Origin: Victivallis vadensis
GTDB taxonomy: Bacteria > Verrucomicrobiota > Lentisphaeria > Victivallales > GWF2-50-93
Length of the DNA: 64,000 nt
Assembly: GCA_945883805.1 (NCBI GenBank)
Contig: CAMCYE010000005.1
Location: forward strand, 5,269 to 69,268
Direction of reading: 5' to 3'
Every line of letters starts with the position of its first letter. Position 1 is the first letter of the stretch. The notes below the pieces were generated by a model that was given only the letters and a program-made list of their open reading frames with translations, had not been told where the DNA came from and made no database searches. Shown here piece by piece: positions 25,661 through 34,800 of this stretch. The position numbers were made by a program, and so were the translations under genes.

Positions 25661-26557
25661 TCAACGTTCAGCTACAATATCGGCAATCACCGATTTTATA
25701 TAGTGCAAATCCTCTATGGCATACCATTCGCGGTCGCCGCCGCGCGGAGCTTCAATGCCTATCGGCCCCTTGTAACCGGAAACCTTGAGGGCCGCGATAT
25801 ACTCCCTGTGGTTTATTTCACCCTGCGACAATGCTGTCGGCATTCTTTTATTTTCGGTGCCGGGAACAGCCATGGAATTCTTGAGATGCGTATAATAAAG
25901 CGTCTTGCCGACGTGTTTTATCGTATCTGAAAGGGGAAGGATGTTCTTGCTGTCGAAGTAGACGGCATTGCCGTAGTCGAGATTGACCCCCACGCCCGGA
26001 CTTCCTATCATGTCGACGAGTTTTTTGGCAGCCTGAGGGGTGTCATGCAAATAACCCATGTGTGTTTCAAAGGCGAACCTGAACTTATTCTCCTCGGCGA
26101 AACGACCGAGCACCTTGTAACCTTCAACGGCCTGCTTCCATTGCGCCTCGGTCGCAATGAAAGAACCGTGCTTCTGATAATCCACATAGGGCACATCCTT
26201 CGCGATGAGACTCCCGGAAAAAGCGTTGACCACCGAGAGGGGGAAACGTTTCAATGCGGATTTGAAAAAAACAATCGCCTCCTCGACTTCCTTTTCCCTT
26301 TTCGAGGCGTCAGACTGCATAAGGTCGGCCGTGGGATAACCGAAAAGGACGTATTTCAATCCGTGTTTCTTGCTGCCGGCGGCAAGGTCGTCAAGATATT
26401 TCTCCTGGCTTTCATATTTCAACACCGTGGAAACCCTTCTGAATTCAACTCCGTCAAAACCCCACGCCACGGCCTTACGGCAGATTTCGTCAACGGTCTG
26501 GCCCTGTTCACAATAATTCACATGCATTACAATCGGATTGTTCATTTCCCTGTCCAT
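25661..26557 (-). CDS. Sugar phosphate isomerase/epimerase (xylose-isomerase-like TIM barrel)
   Basis: 298 aa. WGFDGVEFRR, FAFETHMGY, YYTHLKN. Confidence 0.75.
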   Translation of the reverse strand: MDREMNNPIVMHVNYCEQGQTVDEICRKAVAWGFDGVEFRRVSTVLKYESQEKYLDDLAAGSKKHGLKYVLFGYPTADLMQSDASKREKEVEEAIVFFKSALKRFPLSVVNAFSGSLIAKDVPYVDYQKHGSFIATEAQWKQAVEGYKVLGRFAEENKFRFAFETHMGYLHDTPQAAKKLVDMIGSPGVGVNLDYGNAVYFDSKNILPLSDTIKHVGKTLYYTHLKNSMAVPGTENKRMPTALSQGEINHREYIAALKVSGYKGPIGIEAPRGGDREWYAIEDLHYIKSVIADIVAER

Positions 26558-26900
26558 TCATTAATATTTGAAAGATTCCTTGAGTGTGAACGTTAAGCTG
26601 GATATTTCGCCTCATAAGTAGGGCGGTTTTAAAACCGCCAACCAATCGTCGGGTTAAAACCAGACATACTTTCAATGACATAGCCAGCCGAATAAATCCC
26701 CAGATCAACGGCTACCCCTACGTCCACGTCTACGGTAATCAGAAGGATTGGGAAATCAAGAAAAATCATTGAAGGTTCCCTAAAGAAATTCCGCATTGAA
26801 CTGTTTCTGCCCGTCAGCCCTTGATTATTTACAATGTCCGGGTTAGCTTTCGCGTATTATACACTGTATCACTTTGATGTTTAAAAATGGAGCCATTCTG

Positions 26901-27578
26901 ATGGAATATGAATTGAATACCGTGGAGGCGCGAGTTCTGGGCTGCCTGATGGAGAAGCAGTTTACGACACCCGACACATATCCGCTCACCCTGAATTCGC
27001 TCAACCTCGCCTGCAACCAGAAATCCAACCGCGACCCGGTGATGGAACTTGATGAACAGATAGTATTACGGACGCTCGACAGCCTTCGAGATAAGAAGTT
27101 GATAGAAATGGTCAGCATGGCGGGAAGCCGGGTGATGAAATACAGGCACCAGGCCGACCGCGCACTTGGACTCGAATCACAGCCGTTGGCACTGCTCTGC
27201 GAACTGCTCGTGCGAGGTCCGCAGACCGCAGGAGAACTCCGGGGACGGGCTGCGCGCATGTGTTCGTTTGACAATATTGAAGCGGTTGAACAGGTGCTCG
27301 GAGCACTGACATCACGGAGTCCGGAACCGCTGGCGATGCTTCTGCCGCGCCAGCCAGGGCGCAAGGAGCCTCGTTATGCACACCTGCTTTCCGGCGCATT
27401 GAGCGCCGATGAACTCGCCGCAATGACGGCTAATCCGGCACCGGAAAAAGCCAGGATTACTCTCCAGGCGGAAAACGAACGCATTGAAAAACTCGAATTG
27501 GAACTGGCCGCGCTCCGCCAGGATGTGGCCGCACTTCAGATCCAGCTCTGCGAACTTCGCAAATCACTGGAGCAATAA
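26901..27578 (+). CDS. yceH: YceH-family protein (DUF480)
   Basis: MEYELNTVEARVLGCLMEKQFTTPDTYPLTLNSLNLACNQKSNRDPVM lines up with the E. coli YceH N-terminus as I remember it. GGAG lies 8 nt upstream of ATG 26901. Confidence 0.8.
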   Translation: MEYELNTVEARVLGCLMEKQFTTPDTYPLTLNSLNLACNQKSNRDPVMELDEQIVLRTLDSLRDKKLIEMVSMAGSRVMKYRHQADRALGLESQPLALLCELLVRGPQTAGELRGRAARMCSFDNIEAVEQVLGALTSRSPEPLAMLLPRQPGRKEPRYAHLLSGALSADELAAMTANPAPEKARITLQAENERIEKLELELAALRQDVAALQIQLCELRKSLEQ

Positions 27579-27579
27579 A

Positions 27580-27999
27580 ATGATTTTCGTGAGCGACAGA
27601 ATTTCCATACCTGAAAACGAAGTTGAGGAAAAGTTTGTACGGGCGTCCGGTCCGGGAGGACAGAATGTCAACAAAGTCTCCACATCGGTTCAGCTCAGGT
27701 TCAACGTCGTCAAATCCCCGTCCATCCCCTTCGATATTAAGTCAAGGATGTTCCGCCTGTTCAGGAACAGGATAAACAACGACGGATTCATTGTCATCAT
27801 TTCCGACAAGTTCCGGACACAGCTCCAGAACAGGGAGGAAGCACAGCGCAAGCTCGTGGAATTCGTGAAAAGCGCCACTGTCGTCCCTAAATTCCGCAGA
27901 AAAACAAAAGCGACCTATTCATCAAAACAGAAACGCATGGAATCCAAACGCAAAAACTCAGATGTGAAAAAATACAGGCGTGTCAATGACAGTGAATAA
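27580..27999 (+). CDS. arfB: Alternative ribosome-rescue factor ArfB (peptidyl-tRNA hydrolase, GGQ motif)
   Basis: 139 aa from ATG 27580. Contains RASGPGGQNVNKVSTSVQLRF and a basic C-terminal tail KFRRKTKATYSSKQKRMESKRK. Confidence 0.85.
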   Translation: MIFVSDRISIPENEVEEKFVRASGPGGQNVNKVSTSVQLRFNVVKSPSIPFDIKSRMFRLFRNRINNDGFIVIISDKFRTQLQNREEAQRKLVEFVKSATVVPKFRRKTKATYSSKQKRMESKRKNSDVKKYRRVNDSE

Positions 28000-28056
28000 A
28001 TATTCCCGACAGGAATATTTATGAACAATATCTGTTTTTCGGACGAAAAACAGATA
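27998..28056 (+). terminator. Two consecutive stem-loops after arfB
   Basis: AAATATTCC-CGACA-GGAATATTT (27998-28020) and TATCTGTTTTT-CGGACG-AAAAACAGATA (28029-28056). There is no clean trailing U-tract, so terminator function is tentative. Confidence 0.35.
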
Positions 28057-28066
28057 TACTTACACC

Positions 28067-30007
28067 ATGAAAACACGTATTCTTTTAACTCTGCTGCTCC
28101 TCTTCTCATTCATATTTCTTTCGCCTGCGAAAGAAATATCCGTCATGACGTACAACCTTTGCAATTATTTTGTGGCGGATGAAACCGGAAAACCAAAGAT
28201 CGACGATTCAAAAAAAGCCCTCATGGGAATGATAAAAACGGCGGATCCGGATATTCTTTTTGTTGTCGAACTCGGCGGTGCAAAATCCCTCGAAGACCTT
28301 ATGGAAAACCTGAAGTCCGCAGATTGCAAAGATTATATATTTTCAGATGAGATGACAGGCGAGGATGAAAGCAGGCACATCGGATTCATATCCAAAATCA
28401 AACCTGTCAAAGTCATCAAGAAAGAAAGTCTGTTCTACAGGATAAAGCCCAAAGACAAGGAAAACGGCTATGCCGAAAAAGTCTTCGTCCAACGGGGATT
28501 CATGCATCTGGTTTTCGAGTTCGAGGATAATTACCGGCTCCATGTTGTCGGTGCCCATCTCAAGTCCAGGCTGAATCATCCGCGATATATTCAGACAGAC
28601 ATGCGCCGTTACGAGGCAAGACTTCTGAGATATCTTGTCAATGACATCCAAGAGAAAGAGAAGGATGCCAACATACTGGTTGTCGGCGATTTCAATGACA
28701 TTTATTCTTCAGATCCGCTCATCACAATCCGGGCGCCTGAAAAAACCTTTAAAAATAAGCTGTACGACCTGCGTCCTCTCGACAGCGCGGGCCTGCCGTG
28801 GACACACTGGTGGCATTCCGAAGACATTTACGGCAGAATCGATTACACTCTTGCCTCGGCTTCGCTTCTTCCGGAAATAAACTTCGACAAAACAAGAGTC
28901 GTCCATCTCAGGGACTATTGGATGTTCGCATCGGATCACAGGCCCGTTTTTGTCACAATAAACACCGAAAACGCGCCCTTGTGGAATAAAAATACCCTTG
29001 ATAAATATTTCCCGGCAGGTCTGCGTCTGGACAGCTCTAAAGGCATTGCATCCTCGACATATTCTGCTAAAACACCTAGCTCGCCGGAAAATATCTCCGT
29101 CTGCTTCCTTGATGCCGGAGGATATTCATCCGCCGATCCGGCAGGTGAAAAAAACGAGATGGTTGAAAACCTTAAAACATCCGGAGCCGAAATTATCGTG
29201 CTGTCGGGGGTGAGGGATACCGGCTCAGCCGCGGAAATAAAAAAGAGCCTGCCGGGATATGACTACGCACAGACAGTTGAAAGCTCGGACAAAGGATCTG
29301 TCCTCACGGTGATTTCCAAAATCAAACCCGAAAGGTTCGAGGCGCTCACCGATATGAAGTATAAGATTGGCGAAAAGGAAATCCCCGTTTCAAATGGCTT
29401 CGCACACGGTGTCTTCAACGTCAATGGATATAAATTCCATCTTGTAGCAGCCGACTTGAAGGACAGGCGGAAACATCCTGAATTCAATCAGACGGACATG
29501 CGCCGGTATGAGGCCAGACAGCTCAGATATCTGGTAAATGATATAGTCAAGAAAGAACCGGACTCAAATATCCTGCTCGTAGGGAACCTCAATGACACCT
29601 GCGGAATGTCTCCGTTGAAAGAGCTTTACAACCGGAGAAGCGGAATAGAGAAAAGGCTGTTTGACATCAGGCCGCTTGATTCAATGAAAACATCTTGGAC
29701 TTACTGGAACAGGGAAACCGATGATTTCGAAAGAATCGATTATGCGATGGCAAATTTTCCGATGATTTCCGAGATAATCCGCAAAAAAACCGCAGTCATC
29801 CAGACGGATAACTGGAGAAATGCGTCAACACACAGGCCATTACTTATCGGTATCCATTGCAAAGACGCAGAAAAACCTTCAAAGGATGAGCTGGACAAAA
29901 CCTATCCTTCCTGCATTTATTCCGGGGAAGCCTCCCATTTCGAGGAGGATAGGGAGATCGGCGACAAACCTGAAAGGAAAAAGCCGGCAGATCCGAGTGA
30001 CGAGTAA
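28067..30007 (+). CDS. Secreted protein with two tandem endonuclease/exonuclease/phosphatase (EEP) domains, the second apparently degenerate
   Basis: Has a signal peptide. Domain 1 motifs: MTYNLCN, FVVELGG, VVGDFND, ASDHRP. Domain 2 at the same positions: VCFLDAG, VLSGVRD, LVGNLND, ASTHRP. Internal repeat QTDMRRYEAR(L/Q)LRYLVNDI. Confidence 0.75.
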   Translation: MKTRILLTLLLLFSFIFLSPAKEISVMTYNLCNYFVADETGKPKIDDSKKALMGMIKTADPDILFVVELGGAKSLEDLMENLKSADCKDYIFSDEMTGEDESRHIGFISKIKPVKVIKKESLFYRIKPKDKENGYAEKVFVQRGFMHLVFEFEDNYRLHVVGAHLKSRLNHPRYIQTDMRRYEARLLRYLVNDIQEKEKDANILVVGDFNDIYSSDPLITIRAPEKTFKNKLYDLRPLDSAGLPWTHWWHSEDIYGRIDYTLASASLLPEINFDKTRVVHLRDYWMFASDHRPVFVTINTENAPLWNKNTLDKYFPAGLRLDSSKGIASSTYSAKTPSSPENISVCFLDAGGYSSADPAGEKNEMVENLKTSGAEIIVLSGVRDTGSAAEIKKSLPGYDYAQTVESSDKGSVLTVISKIKPERFEALTDMKYKIGEKEIPVSNGFAHGVFNVNGYKFHLVAADLKDRRKHPEFNQTDMRRYEARQLRYLVNDIVKKEPDSNILLVGNLNDTCGMSPLKELYNRRSGIEKRLFDIRPLDSMKTSWTYWNRETDDFERIDYAMANFPMISEIIRKKTAVIQTDNWRNASTHRPLLIGIHCKDAEKPSKDELDKTYPSCIYSGEASHFEEDREIGDKPERKKPADPSDE

Positions 30008-30281
30008 CAGTTTTTCCCGGTGGGAAAACCTGATTATCCAGGAGGCAATTTCAAAAGCCTGAAAATTCCTGAATGAGGGGAATGAAAAACCTTTTAAGGA
30101 AAGGTTCTTCCCTTCCCCTCACCCCAACCCTTTCCAAACCTGTCTGCCCTATAAGGCAATTGCAAGATAAAAACCATGGCATATTCGCCTGTGTTAAGCT
30201 GATTGCATTGATGGAATTGCGAATTTTAACGGAGGGCGGACTTTCCAGTCCGCCAACTCGCGGGTAAGAAAACCCACGCTC

Positions 30282-30364
30282 CTTTGAAAGAGGAACGCGT
30301 CAGCGGAGTGACGCGGCCACAGTCCGCCTATGCGGATAGTCACGTCACTCTGCTGACGTGCTCT
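30282..30364. repeat. Three-hairpin intergenic repeat, copy A
   Basis: CTTTGAAAG..., H1 CGCGTCA-GCGGAG-TGACGCG (30296-30315), H2 TCCGCCTATGCGGA, H3 CACGTCA-CTCTGC-TGACGTG (30341-30360). The homologous copy is at 40341-40420. Confidence 0.65.
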
Positions 30365-30381
30365 TAGATTGCGATTTAGTA

Positions 30382-31218
30382 TTACTTTCCTGTACGCGTT
30401 CCAGCTTCGATCATTTCCTTGACGTCAGGATTTTTTGCGAGATCCGCAGGCTTCAGACCTTCCTTGTTTTTGACACTGGCGTCCGCTCCATTGTCAAGGA
30501 GTAATTTCACCATGCCCTTGTCGCCTTTGACTGCGGCCTTGTGCAAGGGGGTGTCACCTTTGTTGTCAGGCGTGTTTAATTCCACCTTGTTTTCAATCAG
30601 AAATTTCGCGGCTTCAATCTGACCGGCTGAAACTGCTTTTGAGAAAGGGGATTCTCCCCTGACATTGCTCTTCCAGGCCAGGGCGCCGGATTTCTTCAAG
30701 AGAAGCTCAAGAGTTCTCACATCTCCGGATTGGGCGGCTTTGTGGAGGGGAGTGTCTCCATAGATGTTCGCAAGTTTGACATCGGCGTTCATTTTGACAA
30801 GGAACTCCGCAATCGGATACTGATTTGCGGACACAGCATTGAAGACGGGAGCGTGACCGAACTTGTCCTGTCTGTTCAGAAGTTTCGGGAACGTTGAAAT
30901 CAGCGAATCTACATGTTCAAGGTTGCCTGCCCTTATGTCTTTCAACAGTTCTTCAAATGCATCATCCTCGTTTAATCCGGGATGCAGATTTTTTTTATTG
31001 GAGATCGCCTCTTCGGCCGGTTTGGCTTCTTCCGCTTTCACAGGTTCGACAGTTTCTTTTACCTGTTCGGGGGCTTTCACCTCCTCAGCCTTCTTGACTT
31101 CCGCAGTAGTTGCCTTCGCTTTCTTCACAGGTTTCATATCGTCAAAATCCTCTGCAGCCAGACTAATTGCGAATAACAAAATAGCCGGGACGAGTAGCAT
31201 TCCTAGTTTTTCCTTCAT
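30382..31218 (-). CDS. Secreted ankyrin-repeat protein
   Basis: Signal peptide, then a K/E/A/P-rich linker (AEVKKAEEVKAPEQVKETVEPVKAEEAKPAEEA). At least three ankyrin units follow (GDTPLHKAAQSGDVRTLELLLKK; GDTPLHKAAVKGDKGMVKLLLDNGAD). Confidence 0.8.
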   Translation of the reverse strand: MKEKLGMLLVPAILLFAISLAAEDFDDMKPVKKAKATTAEVKKAEEVKAPEQVKETVEPVKAEEAKPAEEAISNKKNLHPGLNEDDAFEELLKDIRAGNLEHVDSLISTFPKLLNRQDKFGHAPVFNAVSANQYPIAEFLVKMNADVKLANIYGDTPLHKAAQSGDVRTLELLLKKSGALAWKSNVRGESPFSKAVSAGQIEAAKFLIENKVELNTPDNKGDTPLHKAAVKGDKGMVKLLLDNGADASVKNKEGLKPADLAKNPDVKEMIEAGTRTGK

Positions 31219-31260
31219 ACTGTTCTTCCTTATTATTTTATAAATTTTTCGCAGAAAAAT

Positions 31261-31602
31261 TTATCCTCTAAAAATAAAATATACGGCGCCGATCAGGCAC
31301 AGTCCAGCCCATAGATAATTGAGCTTCATCCCTTCCTGCATGTAGAACACCGAAAATGGGATGAATACCGAAAGGGTGATCACTTCTTGGATTATTTTCA
31401 GCTGTCCAAGCGTCAGGGCCGTGTGTCCGATCCTATTTGCGGGAACCTGTAGCATGTATTCGAAAAATGCTATCCCCCAGCTGATCAGCGCGGCCACAAA
31501 CCATGGCTTGCTATTCAGATGTTTCAGATGACCATACCAGGCAAACGTCATGAAAACATTCGACAGGGTGAGAAGGATCACGGTTCTTACAAAAACTGAC
31601 AT
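31261..31602 (-). CDS. Small DMT-superfamily membrane protein (DUF486-like)
   Basis: 113 aa with four hydrophobic segments. FMTFAWYGHLK is recalled from the DUF486 family. Confidence 0.6.
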   Translation of the reverse strand: MSVFVRTVILLTLSNVFMTFAWYGHLKHLNSKPWFVAALISWGIAFFEYMLQVPANRIGHTALTLGQLKIIQEVITLSVFIPFSVFYMQEGMKLNYLWAGLCLIGAVYFIFRG

Positions 31603-31676
31603 GTCGGATTATCTCCACCTAATTTCCATGTTAATTTTTCCGCAACGGAAAAATTTTCTGTACGATCAAGAAGTCA

Positions 31677-32099
31677 TCATGGTTCAAGAACTTTGTAATT
31701 GTTCTTTTTAAAATAGGAAACTATCTTTGAATCGCCTGTAATGAGACTTGCTCCTAGGTGTATTGCTGTTGCGGCCATGATCCGATCTGCAGGGTCGCCA
31801 TGGAAAACACCAGGCAGTCTGCAGCTTAGACAGGCGATTTCAGGGCTTATATTCACGGTTGAAAAACCCGGGACTTCAAAAGTCCTGTTCATCCAGCTTA
31901 GGCAGTCGCGACTAAAGGAAATTCTCCCCTTTGACTCAAGCATGGCAAGCTCCCAAAGACTTATCTCTGATATTCTCAGAGAGGAACTGGAGATCGCAGA
32001 TTTTATATTTTCCAGAACAGGAGAGCCTACTAAATTGGCGCTTCCTTCAAAATACCAAATCCACACATGGGTGTCCAGAAGAACAATATCAGTTTTCAT
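31677..32099 (-). CDS. vapC: PIN-domain toxin (VapC-like)
   Basis: VLLDTHVWIWY N-terminal acidic-residue block and the later ITGD block. It overlaps the upstream antitoxin ORF by 11 nt. Confidence 0.75.
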   Translation of the reverse strand: MKTDIVLLDTHVWIWYFEGSANLVGSPVLENIKSAISSSSLRISEISLWELAMLESKGRISFSRDCLSWMNRTFEVPGFSTVNISPEIACLSCRLPGVFHGDPADRIMAATAIHLGASLITGDSKIVSYFKKNNYKVLEP

Positions 32100-32316
32100 C
32101 TGCTTCCCATTTCTCTCCAGTGGATTTTACAATGTCACCTTTTATGCTGACAGACCCCTTCAGCATTCCAAAGAAACCTGTACTTTTCTGTTCACACGGA
32201 ACGATTTTAGCTACGGGCCTTCCGTGCTTTGTGATCACAATTTCCTGATGGAATTTGCTCACGTCGTCCATAACCCTCAGACATTTAGCCTTGAATGTTC
32301 CTGCTGCCATCTGCAT
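32089..32316 (-). CDS. Phd/YefM-type antitoxin
   Basis: 75 aa. FKAKCLRVMDDVSKFHQEIVITKHGRPVAKIVP is the canonical Phd/YefM N-terminal fold sequence. It lies immediately upstream of the PIN gene. Confidence 0.7.
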   Translation of the reverse strand: MQMAAGTFKAKCLRVMDDVSKFHQEIVITKHGRPVAKIVPCEQKSTGFFGMLKGSVSIKGDIVKSTGEKWEADEN

Positions 32317-32403
32317 ATTCTAATTCTCCTAATTATGACCATAATATTATGACCACAATTGAAAATATCAAGGTTTTGAGAAATCTTTCAAATATATTAC
32401 ACG

Positions 32404-33384
32404 TTAATTTTTCCGTCCCGGAAAAATTTTCACATTATGTTTATTTAACGCCCTCACTGCGGCAAGCCTTATCGCGGCGAAGAGGCTGCCGGTGTCAGCC
32501 TTGCCCTTCCATGCAATGTCAAAAGCGGTACCGTGATCAACACTTGTCCGGATTATGGGAAGACCCAGAGTGGAGTTCACCCCCTTATCAAAAGCGAGCA
32601 TCTTGAAAGGGATATGCCCCTGATCATGATACATCGAAACTATCCCGTCAAATTTTCCCCTTATCTCCCTTATGAACAGCGTATCCGGAGGAAAAGGGCC
32701 TTGGATGTCTATCCCTTTTTCCCGTATTTGCCGAAGAGCTGGAATGATCATCTTAATTTCCTCTTTGCCCATATACCCGCTTTCGCCAGCATGAGGATTT
32801 AATGCGGCGCATGCGAGTACGGGTTTATTGATCCCCTCCTGCCGTATGGCTTCATAGAGAAGCTCAGTCACTTCGATTATCCGTTCCATTGTCAGAACCT
32901 TGGAGACTTTCTGGAGGGGAATATGAGTTGTCGCAAAAACAACCCTCAGATTTCCCGAAGACTGCATCATTGCGAAGTTCGCAGTCCCGCAGAGTTCGGC
33001 GACAAGTTCGGTGTGGCCTGTGAACGGTATTCCCGCCTTATTGATCGAGGCTTTGTTTACAGGCGCAGTCACCAGCGCGTCCATTTTACCTGACAGGACA
33101 TCTTTCGTAGCGCAGATAATGGCGTTCCAGGCTTCAATCCCGCAACGGGGATCTGTTTTTCCGACAGGCACTTTTGAGAACTTCAGGTCACCTGTGTCTA
33201 CGATTTTAATTTTCTTGTTTCCTGCGAACTTCGCAGATGCTTTCCCGATAATGTCGGAACAGCCGTAAATGGTGATGTCGGCGATTTTGCGGAGTGCGGC
33301 ATTTGTAGCGGCGCGGACAGCCAGCTCCGGCCCGATTCCGGCCGGATCACCCACGGTCAATGCTATTTTTGGAAGATCTTTCAT
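32404..33384 (-). CDS. pdxA: 4-hydroxythreonine-4-phosphate dehydrogenase
   Basis: GDPAGIGPEL, FTGHTE, NPHAGE, MYHDQG, TSVDHGTAFDIAWKGKAD. Confidence 0.9.
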   Translation of the reverse strand: MKDLPKIALTVGDPAGIGPELAVRAATNAALRKIADITIYGCSDIIGKASAKFAGNKKIKIVDTGDLKFSKVPVGKTDPRCGIEAWNAIICATKDVLSGKMDALVTAPVNKASINKAGIPFTGHTELVAELCGTANFAMMQSSGNLRVVFATTHIPLQKVSKVLTMERIIEVTELLYEAIRQEGINKPVLACAALNPHAGESGYMGKEEIKMIIPALRQIREKGIDIQGPFPPDTLFIREIRGKFDGIVSMYHDQGHIPFKMLAFDKGVNSTLGLPIIRTSVDHGTAFDIAWKGKADTGSLFAAIRLAAVRALNKHNVKIFPGRKN

Positions 33385-33573
33385 ACATTACCCAATAAAT
33401 TACCTATTGCCCAATAGACTCTTCCACTTTGCGTGTTTGCCTCGCCCGACACACTGGATTTTTCCCTGCGCCCGCATGTCGGATTTGCACCTCAAAAGAC
33501 ACACAGCCAGAGCACAGTCATACGACGTGCCAAGTGACTGTGCTATTTTAACGTTAAGGAATTTCAAAGTTTG

Positions 33574-33596
33574 TAAACAGGCGACGCCTGTTTACC
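33574..33596 (-). terminator. ACAGGCG-type hairpin overlapping the thyX stop codon
   Basis: GTAAACAGGCG-A-CGCCTGTTTAC. It belongs to the ACAGGCG...CGCCTGT repeat family, and the trailing U-tract is weak. Confidence 0.3.
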
Positions 33597-34272
33597 AGTT
33601 CATGATTTTCGCGACATTGGGGATATAGGGTTTGACTAGCTGCTTGATCGCCAGTGCGTATTCGCGGATTTCCAGCTGGGCGTGATCGCTGTCGCGAAGT
33701 TCGAGGAAATGAATCAGGTTGTTGAGGTCTACTGTCCCCCAGAAAGTGACCATCATGCTTTGCGGAAGCACCATGCGGGCCTGTTCCCTGCAGACGCCTC
33801 CGTCCAGGAGCTTATTGTACAAATCCAGGGAATTCCTGTTATGGTCAATCATCATTTTCCTGTATTCCTCATCATTGAAATTCTCATCGACAACGGAAGC
33901 CTGCCGGTTGCTCTCGGCCTGTTTCCTGAGTTTTGACGGGGTGAAGAATTCAAGATCTATTTCCGTATAGCGTCGGGAGATCTCGTTATATGACCAAGTA
34001 CGGTGGCGATGCCACTGGGCGCGGACAAAAAGCGGACAGTGTATGCTGAACGTGAACACGATGTGCTCCATTGTGCTGCTATGCTTGTTTTCAAGAAGGT
34101 ACTTGAGGAGGACGACGTCTTTTTCGTCCATGCTGTCCTTCAGTTTTCCAAACGAGACGCGGGCCGCATTGACTATGGTTGCTTCGGTCCCCATCTTGTC
34201 TATGAGGCCGATCCAGCCCTGACCGTCCAGCACTTTCACATGTTCTTTTGGAGGGACGTTGATATGCTGCAT
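33592..34272 (-). CDS. thyX: FAD-dependent thymidylate synthase
   Basis: ThyX signature RHRTWSYNEISRRY (RHRxxSxxxxSxR). 226 aa. Confidence 0.9.
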   Translation of the reverse strand: MQHINVPPKEHVKVLDGQGWIGLIDKMGTEATIVNAARVSFGKLKDSMDEKDVVLLKYLLENKHSSTMEHIVFTFSIHCPLFVRAQWHRHRTWSYNEISRRYTEIDLEFFTPSKLRKQAESNRQASVVDENFNDEEYRKMMIDHNRNSLDLYNKLLDGGVCREQARMVLPQSMMVTFWGTVDLNNLIHFLELRDSDHAQLEIREYALAIKQLVKPYIPNVAKIMNW

Positions 34273-34763
34273 AAAATTATTCCTGTATTAAATTAGGCGG
34301 CCAAAGACCGCAACTCAGAATATCCAATAACCAACACGGAATATCCAATCTCCAAGTTAAGATTTTCCAGAAATTAATTCCGATGGAAATTGGAAATTGA
34401 GTGTTGGATTTTGAATGTTCATAAACTTTGAAATTCCTTAGCCATAAATTTGAAAACATCAGATGGGAAATCTTAACACCGGTTCGTATAATATTCAAGG
34501 GAACTACGGGAATCAGTTACCAGTAATCAGCGCCCGACTGCGGAGGGCGCAGTTTTATCAATAAGAAACTTTTAAAGGCACACACTAAAGTGCCACGTGA
34601 GTCACGTTCCACGTGTCAACGTGGTCACGTGATGAACTCCAAATTTTGGAGTCCAGCCTTTCTTGTCCGCCGTAGCATCTCAGCGAAGGAGGAAGGCTGT
34701 TCTTTAGACACGCTAAAGCTGTGAACTCCAACATTAAGTTTTCAAAGGAGTTATCAGTAATCA

Positions 34764-34800
34764 GTTATCGGTTATCGGTTATCGGTTATCGGTTATCGGT
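34764..34800. repeat. Heptanucleotide microsatellite (GTTATCG) x5.3
   Basis: Five perfect contiguous GTTATCG units at 34764-34798 plus a partial unit. It lies ~150 nt upstream of rex. Confidence 0.9.

Noticed and set aside
25241-25930. 229-aa plus-strand ORF.
   Set aside because: Its first half runs through the mosaic-repeat and hairpin region (25197-25455). Its second half is antisense to the well-supported TIM-barrel gene 25661-26557.
34764-34800. Possible CRISPR array or other spaced-repeat locus in the thyX-rex spacer and the other repeat-rich spacers.
   Set aside because: The repeats are contiguous 7-mers without spacers. The other repeats in the window are single hairpins or inverted pairs, not regularly spaced 25-40-nt direct repeats. 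No cas genes are present.
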